Source of the DNA: Octopus bimaculoides
Taxonomy: Eukaryota
DNA length: 64,000 nucleotides
Reading direction: 5' to 3'
NCBI RefSeq assembly: GCF_001194135.2
Contig: NC_068987.1
Coordinates: 1 to 64,000 of the forward strand
Positions 1 to 11,315 of the stretch are shown here, piece after piece. Under the pieces are notes generated by a model. It was not told the DNA's origin. It ran no database searches and saw only the letters and a list, made by a program, of their open reading frames with translations. Made by a program: the position numbers and the translations under genes. The first letter of the stretch is position 1. Each line of letters opens with the position of its first letter.

Positions 1-1611
1 GGACCAAAAATTGAATACTGGTCATAAAGTCGGGGGTCAAAAATTGTACACTGGCCATGAAGTCAGGGACCAAAATTTGAACACTGGCCATAAATTCGGG
101 GACCAAAGATCGCACAGTGTCCATAAAGACGGTGCACACTGGCAATAAAGTCGGGGACCAAATATTGAACACTGGCCATAAAGTCGGGGACCTATAATTG
201 AACACTGGCCATGAAATGGGGGACCAAAAATCGAACATTGGCCATAAAGTCGGGGACCAAATATTGCACACTGGCCATAAAGACGGGGGACTAAAAATCG
301 CACACTGGCCATAAAGACGGGGACCACAAATCGCACAGTGGCCATAAAGACAGGGACCGAAAATTGAACACTGGCCATAAAGTCGGGGAACAAAATTCGC
401 ACACTGGCCAGAAAGTCGGGGACCAGAAATTCAACACTGGCCATAAAGTCGGGGACGAATAATTGCACACTGGCCATAAAGACGGGGACCGAATATTGAA
501 CACTGGCCATAAAGACGGGGACCGAAAATTGAACACTGGCCATAAAGTCGGGGAACAAAATTCGCACAGTGGCCATAAAGTCGGGGACCAAATATTGCAC
601 ACTGGCCATAAAGACGGGAGACTAAAAATCGCACACTGGCCATAAATTCGGGGACGAAAAATCGCACAGTGGCCATAAAGACGGGGACCAAACATTGAAC
701 ACTGGCCATAAAGTCAGGGAACAAAATCCGCACACTGGCCATAAAATCGGGGACCAGAAATCCACACTGGCCATAAAATCGGGGACCAGAAATCCACACT
801 GGCCATAAAGTCGGGGACGAATAATTGCACAGTGGCCATAAAGACGGGGACCACAAATCGCACACTGGCCATAAAGTCGGGGACCAAATATTGAACACTG
901 GCCATAAAGTCGGGGTCGAATAATTGGACATGGGCCATAAAGACGGGGACCACAAGTCGCACACTGGCCATAAAGTCGGGGAACAAATATTGAAAACTGT
1001 CCATAAAGTCGTGGACCATAAATCGCACATTGGCCATAAAGACAGGGACGTAAAATTGAACAATGGCTATAAAGTCGGGGACCAAAAATCGCACAGTGGC
1101 CATAAGGTTGGGGACGAATCATTGCACACTGGCCATAAAGACGGGGACCAAATATTGAACACTGGCCATAAAGTTGGGGAGCTATAATTCGACACTGGCC
1201 AAAAAATGGGGGACGAAAAATCGCACACTGGCCATAAAGTCGGGGACCAAATATTGCACACTAGCCATAAAGACGGGGACGAAAAATTGAGCACTGGTCA
1301 TAAAGTCGGGGACGAAAAATTGAACACTAGCCATAAATTCGAGGACGAAAAATTGCACACCGGCCATAAAGACGGGGACCAAACATTGTACACTGGCCAT
1401 AAAGTCAGGGAACAAAATTCGCACACTGGCCATAAAGTCGGGGACCAGAAATTCAACTCTGGCCATAAAGTCGGGGACGAATAATTGAACACTGGCCATA
1501 AAAACGGGGACCAAAAATTGAACACTGGTCATAAAGACAGGGTCCAATCATTTGCACACTGGCCATAAAGTCGGGGTCCAAACATTTGCAAACTGGCCAT
1601 AAAGTTGGGGA
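1..1611. repeat. 33-bp tandem satellite, about 48 copies, runs off the left edge
   Basis: Unit ACTGGCCATAAAGTCGGGGACCAAATATTGAAC (33 nt, occasional 32/34-nt units) repeated to about 1611. It explains the 11-aa periodicity (HTGHKVGDQIL) of the overlapping ORFs. Confidence 0.95.
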
Positions 1612-2280
1612 TACCATCTTCCCCTGAGGTATGATATAGTTGCAAAAATTATTTACAATACTATTCATAGGACGTACTGTCCTGATGTCTACAGTGAAAG
1701 GTACGTGAAAACCAGCAGGTATTTGCACCTTTCAAAACAAGGAATACTACAAAAGCATCAAGTCAGTGCAAACATAACAGACCAGATATTGTTTTGTGGA
1801 ACAGGAAGTGGAAGTTATGCACTGTTGTGGGGGTCAGCTGCCCAGTAGATGTGACTGGACAGAAGTCCAAGAAACAGAGAACATTTATGGTGAATACAAA
1901 ACTGACAGCTCTTGTACTCTGAGTTCTATGAATTCTCATTTCTACCCATCACCAGGTGTGCATCAGGTTAGGGTACCAACAGATATGCACAGAAACCTAG
2001 AAATACAGAGAAAGAGCAAAAGAAAACTGACGTGGATTCTTTAAATCCAATCTATTAGTAGCACAATGAGGATTTGAAAGACATTCCCAAAATTCTCCAT
2101 CTGAGATTTTTATGTAAATAGATGTATACACTTGGGTGTATGTACTGACAGTTCAACTAACACACCAACTCACCTAAATATTTACAAACACTTGGAACTT
2201 TTTTAACTCAAAAAGTCTTGTTGTTTTGTTAGTGACCAGCTTGAATTCTCTCAAGAACTTAAATAAAACTCAAAGAAAAA
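1612..2280 (+). mobile_element. 5'-truncated, frameshifted non-LTR retrotransposon 3' end with restriction-like endonuclease (R4/Dong-like)
   Basis: Manual translation gives YHLPLRYDIVAKIIYN (from 1612), KHNRPDIVLW..K.CTVVGVSCPVD (about 1770-1850), YEFSFLPI and KTFPKF, matching the RHD...HNRPD...SCP.D C-terminal RLE region. AATAAA and an A-rich end lie near 2263-2280. Confidence 0.7.
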
Positions 2281-2759
2281 TCCTTCCTATGTACCTACCT
2301 TCTTTCCTTCACTTACATCAGTCATGTGACAATGGCCATACTGGGGTACTGCAAAGACGGATTTAGGGTAGCTACCGGTATTAGTAGATGTTGTCATTCA
2401 GCCTAGTCTCTTGATCTATGTCATGAGGGTGTGTTGTGTGGGTGAATGATGTCACCTACCAATACCAAAAGATTGCCAGATTTAGTCAAACAAATTAATC
2501 CCACTACTTATTCTACTGGTCTCTTTTGCCAAGCTACAGGGACATAAACAAACTAACACTGGTTGTCAAGCTGTTCTGAAGGGCAAACACTGAAACCAGG
2601 GAAATGATCTTGCTTGAAATGCAGAAAAGGAGTAACTCAAATTCCATATGCTGTATTGATGTAAACTATAGACACAAGAGATGTAGAAGCATCACTGGCA
2701 GACTATCTGAGAATTAAGCTTCATATGTGATAAATGCACTGGAGCAGTATGTATGAGTT

Positions 2760-4053
2760 CAGCAGAAAGTGAATCTCTTACAGGCTCAGATGGCTCACTT
2801 AGAAGTTGAAAGCTTTTGTTGCCTACATGTAATTAGCAAAGAAGGTCATTGCACTGAAAGTATAGTTGTTAGAGTAAGAGGAAGGAGAAAGTTCTGGGAG
2901 CTACTATTACTATCAACAATAAAAATATTTTTCCTAAGGATGAAGAGTAACAGATTGTATGATGCTAGGGTTAGAGATGCAATGCTGCATGCTAGTGAGA
3001 TATGGGTCTTGAATGCAGAGGAGTTGAGAAGAGTGAAAAGAAATGAAGTGAGCATACTCTGTTGGATGTGCAATGTGAGCATGCATGAAAAGCATAGTAC
3101 AAAGATGCAGAATGTAAAATTGGGCAAAAGAGGAATTAGATGTAGTGTGCAAAAAAAGAAGACTGTGCTGGTATGAACATGTGTGTGGATGAGGACAGCT
3201 GTATAAAGAAAAGCCAAATGCTTAATGTGGCTGCAACTTGTGGAAGAGAGAGGCCCAAGAAGACATGGGGAAAAGCAGTGAATGCTGACCTTGGCACCCT
3301 CAGCCTGATGGAAATGACAAACAACTTGGGTCTTTATCGACATGAAGTTCTCAAAAACAGCTGTCTTCATCAATGAAACTGAGTTCTGAAAGCAGTGTAG
3401 TGTCCTCTCCAGTCACCCCACACCCCTGCCTTTCTCTACCCCAGTCTCAGCAGTCTACCCAACCATGTCATCTCCCTCTCTTGTTCTTTCTGTCAACTGT
3501 ATCATCATTACTATTTCTCCAGCTCCCCATCCATTCTCTTCTACATCCCTGTTCTGTATTTCATGGCTCATTGTTCATCCACCCTTGAACCCTTCCCCTT
3601 TTGGCAGTCAGCTTCCGCAACCCTTCAACTCCTTCCTATAAAATCTTGCAGATCACCCACTCACCTTGTATTTATGGGCCACCTGGGCACCACATCAACA
3701 TTATCTACTTGTTGCAGCTCCTGATCATTTTCTCTCTCTCTCTCTCTCTCCTACTAAATGAGAATGGCCATGTAGATCTTCTACAAGAACCTGCTTGGAC
3801 CTTCCCTTCCTTTTCATAGTTTAACCCCCTTCCCCTTGGGTTCATAGTCTTGTGAGCTGCATGGGGACCTCACAAGTGCCAGTGGAATGAGAACAGCTCC
3901 CAGTACATGCTGTAAAGTGTTTGGCATTAGAAAAGACATGCAGCCACGGAAATGATGCCAAAGCAAACAATGAAGTCCTTAGACTCAGTTGATTCTACCC
4001 AAACCAGCCAGACCATGGAACATGCATGTTAAATATTGATGATGATGATGATA
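2760..4053 (+). mobile_element. RTE-clade LINE 3' fragment, interrupted by a pyrimidine-rich insert
   Basis: RLYDARVRDAMLHASEIW and CGRERPKKTW motifs in ORFs 2769-3376. The family 3' UTR ends in a (GAT)n tail near 4037-4053. Confidence 0.8.
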
Positions 4054-5507
4054 TTATATATATATATATATATATATACTGATGTGTCTGGGGAAATATA
4101 TATACATATATTTGTATGTGTGAAAAAAAACAAAACAAATAGATAGTTGAAAGCAGCACTACATTTCAAAAGCATAGTTTATTAAAAAAAATAACAAGCT
4201 CATTACATATCAATATTACATAACCACTCTCCATTTCATTAGGTGATATTTTGCCATATATTATGAAACTATGAAGGAAGTGCTATTTATGAAGCAAACA
4301 GAATGACACTTGAAATTTCAATGTAGGGTGGTGATATTAAACCTGGTGACCAATCAAAACAACATGATTCCAAGTAATCTGTAGTTAACTTCAACAGAAG
4401 TGGTCTAATGGTCATTATTTAATATCCATGTTCTAACAGAGATAATAGCTCTGACCTTTCCTCATACTTTTCTTGTTTCAACAATTCTACTTTCAGAACA
4501 TCTTCCTCCATTGAGAATAGTAAGATTCTATTACCTCGAGGCAGCTTCCACAGCCTTTTAGGAAATCCTATGTCAACTGTACATTTCCCACAAACAAACA
4601 TTACTTTCTCTGTTATTCTTCCTGCAATTCCACTGCAGCTCGTCTGTCCACAGCATGTCCTGCTTACACTGTTCCTATACACTGTCTGTTTTCTTTCTTA
4701 CTAGAAATTTGGTCTTTGTTAAGTGAACCTTAAAAGGCCCTTTGAGTTCACAAATAACAAAATATCACATGTATAGGGTTTAGTAATCACGTTTTAACAG
4801 CATCAATGATTGGGGAAAATGTGTTTCCCAACACCTGTTCCTGCCCTGACAACTAGCACCTAACTGGGCACATTACATGTTCATAAGATGATCAACTTCA
4901 TAAGTGTTTAATGCACAAAGTTATCCTATTGTTCTTTATCTCACTCATTGTATGATAGCATCCAATATCTACTACTTAATATCATATAATGTCAATAAAT
5001 TATACAGTGATAATTATAGATTTCTAACTGAGATCAATGTGAAAATTTGATTTGCAGATCAAGTTTGTGAATTCAATAATACATCATTGTGTCACCACAA
5101 GTTTTGGTTAAATGGTCTACATAAAAAATGATGGAATAATAATTCCAGACTAAACCAAATTTAGGTAAATTCCATGTCAAGAATATTCATAAAGAGTTAT
5201 GAGGCCATAATTCAAGATTACAGGTCTTACAACAGTTGAGATGAGATGAAAGAAAAAAAAAAGTATTAAAATATGATATATGACATACACATGTTGATGA
5301 CAATGCTTAATCCGGTTTTCATGAATGCAAAACAGGCAGACAATGATGACAATGGTGACAATGATGACTCACAGGTTGTGCTTTCAATGGAGTAAATGAC
5401 TCTGCCCACCTCGTCTGTGTTCTCTTCAGAAGTTTCAAATATTAAATCAATTCAAGTTGAAACCATTCTGCTTTTACAATAGAGTAACAACAAACAAATT
5501 ATACCAC

Positions 5508-7325
5508 CCATCATCATCATCATCATTTAGCATCCATTATCCATGATGGCATGGGGTGGACAGTTTTAACCAGGACTGGTAAGCTGAGGGGGCTGCACCA
5601 GACTCCAGTCTGATTTGACATGGTTTCTACAGCTGGATGCCCTTCCTAACACCAACCACTTCAAGAGTGTAATGGGTGCCTTTTATGTGCCACCGGCACA
5701 GGTGCAAGTCACGTGACACTAATATCTGCCACAACTACGATTTCACTTGGTTTCTCAAGCACAGCATTTTGCCAAAGATTTCAGACATTTGTTATTGCTT
5801 CTGTGAGGCCCAGCACTTGAAAGGTGCTTTTTACATGCCACCAGCATGAGTGCTAGTTGTGTGATACTGGTATCAGCCACATTGCCTGTGAGACCCAACA
5901 CTAGAAAAGTGCTTTTTACATGCCAGTTATGTGACACTGACAACAGCCACAATTATGATTTCATTTGGCTTGTTGGGTTTTCTCAAGCACAGCATATCTC
6001 CAAAGGTCTCAGTCACTAGTCATTGCCTCGGTGAGGCCCAATATTCGAAGGTCATACTTCACCACTTCATCCCAGGTTTTCCTGGATCTACCTCTTCCAC
6101 AGTTTCCCTCAACTGCTAGGGTGTGACACTTTTTCACACAGCTGTCCTCAACCATTTGCAACACATGACCATACCAGCGCAGTTGTCTCTCTTGCACACC
6201 ATATCTGAAGCTTCTTAGGTTCAGCTTTTCTCTCAGGGTACTTACACTCTGTCAAGTATGCACACTGACATTACACATCCAGCGGAGCATACTGGTTTCA
6301 TTCCTTGCAAACTTACGCACGTCCTCAGCAGTCAAGGCCCATGTTTCACTGCCATGTAGCATGGCTGTTTCGTACACATGCGTCATACAGTCTACCTTTT
6401 ACTCTGAGCGAGAGGCCCTTTGTCACCAGCAGAGGTAAGAGCTCTCTGAACTTTGCCCAGGCTATTCTTATTCTAGCAGCTAAACTTTCAGCGCACCCTC
6501 CCCCACTACTGACTTGGTTACCTAGGTAACGGAAGCTATCAACTACGTCTAGATTTTCTCCCTGGAATGTGGCAGAAGTTATTTTCTGCACATTTTCAGT
6601 GTTTATTGCTCGAGCATTTGCCACATACAAAAACTATCTTCCCAGTTAGCCTTCCTTTGATATTGCTCCACCTCTTATGTGTCCATAGCTTACACTGGGT
6701 GCATCTTATAGAGTTTCTACCTACGCCTTTTCTACAGATCAAGCAGGGCCACCTACCTGAAGGGATTTGTGGTTTGTCTGCCTTCCTACTAATTAGGACT
6801 TTGGTTTTAGCTAGGTTGACTCTAAGGTCCTTCGATTCTAATCCTTGCTTCCACACCTGAAACTTTTCCTCTAGTTCTGATAGTGACTCAGCAATTAGAG
6901 CAAGGTCATCAGCATAGAGGAGCTCCCAGGGGCATCTTGTCTTGAATTCCTCTGTTATTGCCTGGAGGACTATGATGAATAAGAGGGGGCTGAGGACTGA
7001 TCCTTTGTGGAGCCCTACTCGGGAATTCTTCACAGTACTCGTTGCCAACCCTCACCTTACTGACAGCATCCCTGTACATGGCTTGCACAGCTCTCTCACT
7101 AACCCTTCATCTATCCCTAGTTTCCTTATTCACCACTAGATAAGGGATTGAGGTACCCTGTCAAAGGCTTTCTCCATATCAACAAAAGCCAGGTACAGAG
7201 GTTTATCTTTGGCTAGATATTTCTCTTGCAGCTGTGTTACCAGAAATATAGCATCAGTGATGCTTTTCCCTGGCACAAACCCAAACTGCATCTCATCTAA
7301 TCTGACTCTCTCCCTAATTAGTTGG
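5508..7325 (-). mobile_element. 5'-truncated RTE-clade LINE (RT domain plus 3' UTR), frameshifted
   Basis: QFGFVPGKS..DAIF, FVDMEKAFDRVP, GSVLSPLLF, YADDL and QLRWYGHV motifs split over four ORFs. A (CAT)n tail on the + strand lies at about 5508-5525. Confidence 0.92.
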
Positions 7326-7329
7326 GCTA

Positions 7330-7340
<11 letters not shown>

Positions 7341-7379
<39 letters not shown>

Positions 7380-7398
7380 AGAGAGAGAAAGAGAGAGA
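7341..7398. repeat. (GA)n microsatellite at the 5' end of the RTE copy
   Basis: Direct reading of the sequence. Confidence 0.9.
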
Positions 7399-7555
7399 GT
7401 AGGCCACAGAAAATTTGCCTCAATTATCTGTCTGACCTGTGCAAGCAAGGAAAAGTGAATGTTAAAACAATGATGGCAACAGTATTCTGTATTAAGATAT
7501 TCATATGTAGGTAGGTAATTGTTCGGAAGAATGATTTATCGCAGTCATCAGCCTT

Positions 7556-8956
7556 TTATGCTGTATGAGTATACTTGTGTCTTTTTAAGTTACCAGCATG
7601 AGAGAAGGATCTACCACAGATATCACAGTGATATGGCTTCTCTCCTGTATGAATACGTTTGTGAGTAATTAAGTGACTTGTTACAGAGAACGATTTCCCA
7701 CAGATATCACAGTGATATTGCCTTTCTCCTCTATGAATGTGTTTGTGATCAGTCAACTTACTATTTACAGGGAACGATTTATCATTGTAATATGATTTCT
7801 CAGTTAAATGAAGGCGTTTGTGTTTAGTTAAGTACCTATTGTGAGAAAATGGTATACCACAAATATCACAGTGAAATGGTTTCTCTCCTATATGGATGCG
7901 TTTGTGCTTAGTTACATCACTATTTTGAGAGAACGAATTACCACAGATATCACAGTGATATGGCTTCTCTCCTGTATGAATACGTTTGTGGATAATTAAA
8001 TGACTTGTTTGAGAAAATGATTTGCCACAGATATCACAATGATATGGTTTATCTCCTGTATGAATATGTTTGTGTGTAGTTAAGTGACTTCTTTGAGAGA
8101 ATGATATACCACAGATATCACACTGGTATGGTTTCTCTCCTGTATGAATATGTCTGTGTATAGTTAATTTACTTCTAGCAAAGAATGATTTACCACAGAT
8201 CTCACAGAAATATGGCTTCTTTCCTTTATGAACATATCTGTGATGTATCGTTAGAGCACTTCCATGAGAGAAGGATATATCACACATATCACAGTGGTAT
8301 GGTTTCCCTCCTGTATGAATATGTCTATGCATAGTTAAGTTACTTGTTGCAGAGAATGTTTTCTCACAGTTATCACACTGATGTGGTTTCTCTCCTGTAT
8401 GAATGTACTTATGTATAGTTAAGTTACTTGCTGCAGAAAATGATTTACCACAGATATCACAGTGATAAGGTTTTTCTCCTGTATGAATATGTCTATGTAC
8501 ATTTAGGTTACTTGTTGCAGAGAAAGATTTGCCACAGATATCACAATGATATGGCTTCTCTCCTGTATGAATGCGTTGGTGTTTAGTTAAGTTACTCCCT
8601 ACAGAGAAGGATTTACCACAGATATCACAGTGATATGGTTTTTCTCCTGTATGAGTATGTCTATGACTAGTTAAATGACCTCTTTGAGAGAATGATTTAT
8701 CACAGACTTCACAGTGATATGGCTTCTCTCCTGTATGAATGTATCTGTGTTTTGATAAGTTGCTTTTTTCAGAGAATGATTTACCACAGATATCGCAATA
8801 GTATGGTTTTTCACCTGTATGAATACGTTTGTGAGTGTTTAGGTTGCCTTTTTTAGCGAATGACTTCTTACAGATATCACAGTGATGTGATGTTTTTCTT
8901 ATCTCTTTCACTATCTCATCATTAATTACATTTAACCTACTGCTCACATAATTCAT
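7556..8956 (-). CDS. Poly-C2H2 zinc-finger protein (gene 1): 15 intact fingers plus 1 Cys-less degenerate finger
   Basis: Repeated CX2C-X12-HX3H with TGEKPY linkers. The first ATG is at 8956 (the ORF track starts at a GTG at 8983). A putative acceptor TTATTTCAG|AATATC ends the intron at 9314. Confidence 0.92.
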   Translation of the reverse strand: MNYVSSRLNVINDEIVKEIRKTSHHCDICKKSFAKKGNLNTHKRIHTGEKPYYCDICGKSFSEKSNLSKHRYIHTGEKPYHCEVCDKSFSQRGHLTSHRHTHTGEKPYHCDICGKSFSVGSNLTKHQRIHTGEKPYHCDICGKSFSATSNLNVHRHIHTGEKPYHCDICGKSFSAASNLTIHKYIHTGEKPHQCDNCEKTFSATSNLTMHRHIHTGGKPYHCDMCDISFSHGSALTIHHRYVHKGKKPYFCEICGKSFFARSKLTIHRHIHTGEKPYQCDICGISFSQRSHLTTHKHIHTGDKPYHCDICGKSFSQTSHLIIHKRIHTGEKPYHCDICGNSFSQNSDVTKHKRIHIGEKPFHCDICGIPFSHNRYLTKHKRLHLTEKSYYNDKSFPVNSKLTDHKHIHRGERQYHCDICGKSFSVTSHLITHKRIHTGEKPYHCDICGRSFSHAGNLKRHKYTHTA

Positions 8957-9419
8957 TTTCAATAAGTTTTTTTCTCTCACCACAATATATATATATGTGT
9001 ATATATATATAAATATTTCTTGTCTTCTTTTTTTATATTTAACTCATAAGAAATATTTTTACTGTTATATTTTCATCAACTGTGCTCTTTGTCAATATCT
9101 GAAGATGCTGCAATCTCTTTTGTAAATTTGTCCATGTTGAATGAGAATGAAAAGGTCACCTTAAACAGATTCCAGACAGTAATTCTATCAGATTTATACA
9201 AACAGGGTTATATAATTTCTGTATAACATTTTCCTTAAGTCTTTAAAAGATGATAAATATTGATGATGCATCTGATGTAAACATTTTCTTTTTAGCCAAT
9301 ACCATCTGATATTCTGAAATAACAGAGAGAAACAATATAAGATGTAGAGGATAACATAAAATGTAAATATAACAATGGACATTTCTCTATATTTCTATGG
9401 TGATGAACTGTCAACAGAA

Positions 9420-11315
9420 GTATCTAGCTAAAAGTAAGCCATTGTACCTGACATTCACTGACCTGCAGAATGTCTTTAACAGGGTTCCTTTGCTCTGTGA
9501 TATGGTGATTTCTGAGGAAGCTAGGAGTTGATGAATGGTTTGTGAGGGTTGTACAAACCACGTATAGGGATGCAGTCAGTAAAGTGACAGTTGGGCATGA
9601 GTACTACAATAAAGTTAGGGTACGGGTAGGTGCGTACTAGTCCCTTAGTCCCTTCTTAGTCCCTTCTTATTGTCCTCCAGATCATAATAGTGGAATTTAT
9701 AACTTGCTGCCTTTGGAAACTATTATATGTCAACGACCTCATTCTCAAAGCAGAATCTAGAGTAGAATTTGAAAAGAAATTCTTGGTATGGAAGCAAACC
9801 TGGAATTGAAGAGCCTTAAAGTTAACTAAGCAAAGACAAAAGTTCTAGTAAAAGCAGAAAAATAGACTCCCATTCACTGCTCACGTAAATGGCCCTGCCT
9901 GATATGTAGGAGAGACTAAGGCAGGAATTCAGTATAATGTACCTGGTGCAAGCTATGGATGCAAAAGTGATGCAGTGGAATCACAGAAAAGTTAACTGAG
10001 AAAGTAGTGTTTGTATGTGGAAGAAGCATAGGAGCCATAAGGAATAAGGAGACAGGGAATATAGTTTCTCTTAGAAATAATAATAGATGACATTCTGAAA
10101 ATATAGTTGCTAGAATAAGGAGGTATTACTTTGTTAGTTACAAAAGGTCTCTCTCTGAACAAAGGCAGACTGTATGATGCTTTGGTACTAACAGCAAAGC
10201 TACATTGTAGTGTGATGTGGGCCATGAATCTAGAGGACATGCAAAGACTAGAGAGGACTGAAGCTAGTACATTCTGCTGGATGTACATAGATGACAAAGT
10301 GACATGGTTTTGATCTCTCAAAAATAAGACATAAAAGGAATGAGTTGTTGTGTGCAAGATAGACAACTGCACTGGTTTGGTCATGTGATGTGTATGAATG
10401 AGAGCAGCTGTATAAAGAAATGCTGGTTGCTTAATGTGGAAGACATGGGATGAGGTAGTAAAGGCTGAGCAGAAGATGCAGAGGAGATAACAAAGGACCG
10501 ATATGAATGGCAATTCACTGTGCTTGAGAAGACCTGTCCAACCCAGCAAAAATGATATCTTAAATAAAAGCATTCTGATTGTAACTGATTTTGCCCTGTC
10601 AACCATTCCTCACATCTCCTTCCTCTAACAACCAGCCTTCCACCATTTTGCATATTATCCCTTCCTCTTTCTGTATATCTTTATCACTCCACATCTTACC
10701 CCTCCCTCCCCATACTGTTCCTTCCTCCCTTCCCTATCTATATTTTACTCGTTACCTTTCCACAGTTATCTCTCTCCTACGTCACACTCATTAAAATATT
10801 TCATATATGGACAATAATAACTGCTGCATACATTCTACATCACACTCTGCCCCTCAACCTTCTGATCTACCCCCTCTTAAGCCACCTCTATCGCTCACCA
10901 TACGCTCTCTCTCTCTCTCTCTCTCCATATAGATGTTTCCCATCATTCATATCTCCTCCAGCCCCATCTCCAACCATCTGTTACTCTTCCCTCACACACT
11001 TAGGAAAATACCCACTACTTTCTACCATTTCCTGACCCACTGTCTGTATCCTCTTTTACACTCACCTTTCTATAGCCTGGGAGTCAGCTCTGACATTGCA
11101 TCACCGTCATCTTTATCCCCTCGCAACTACTCACAGCCACTAGAGCCAGTGACATGAAGAGGCTCCCAGCACATGCTGAAAAGTGGTTGGCATTAGGGTT
11201 AGGGTGTCTAGCTGTAGAAGCCATGTCAAAGTTCAGCCAAGCTGGGCAGCTTGAGGCATGCTGTCAAACCATCCAATCTATATCGGAATGGAAAATGGCT
11301 GTTAAATGATGATGG
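9420..11315 (+). mobile_element. Degraded RTE LINE in the gene 1 intron, antisense to the gene
   Basis: Decayed RT motifs (DRVP, SPLLF), LVTKGLSL.KGRLYDA (ORF 10131), and family 3' UTR ending GTTAAATGATGATG near 11300-11313. Confidence 0.75.

Noticed and set aside
1-1611. CRISPR-like appearance of the regular 33-bp repeats
   Set aside because: Units are contiguous with no unique spacers, no cas genes are present, and the context is eukaryotic.
37-1728. Many overlapping 60-210 aa ORFs on both strands
   Set aside because: They are by-products of a 33-bp (multiple-of-3) satellite: several frames are open at once and frames switch at 32/34-nt units.
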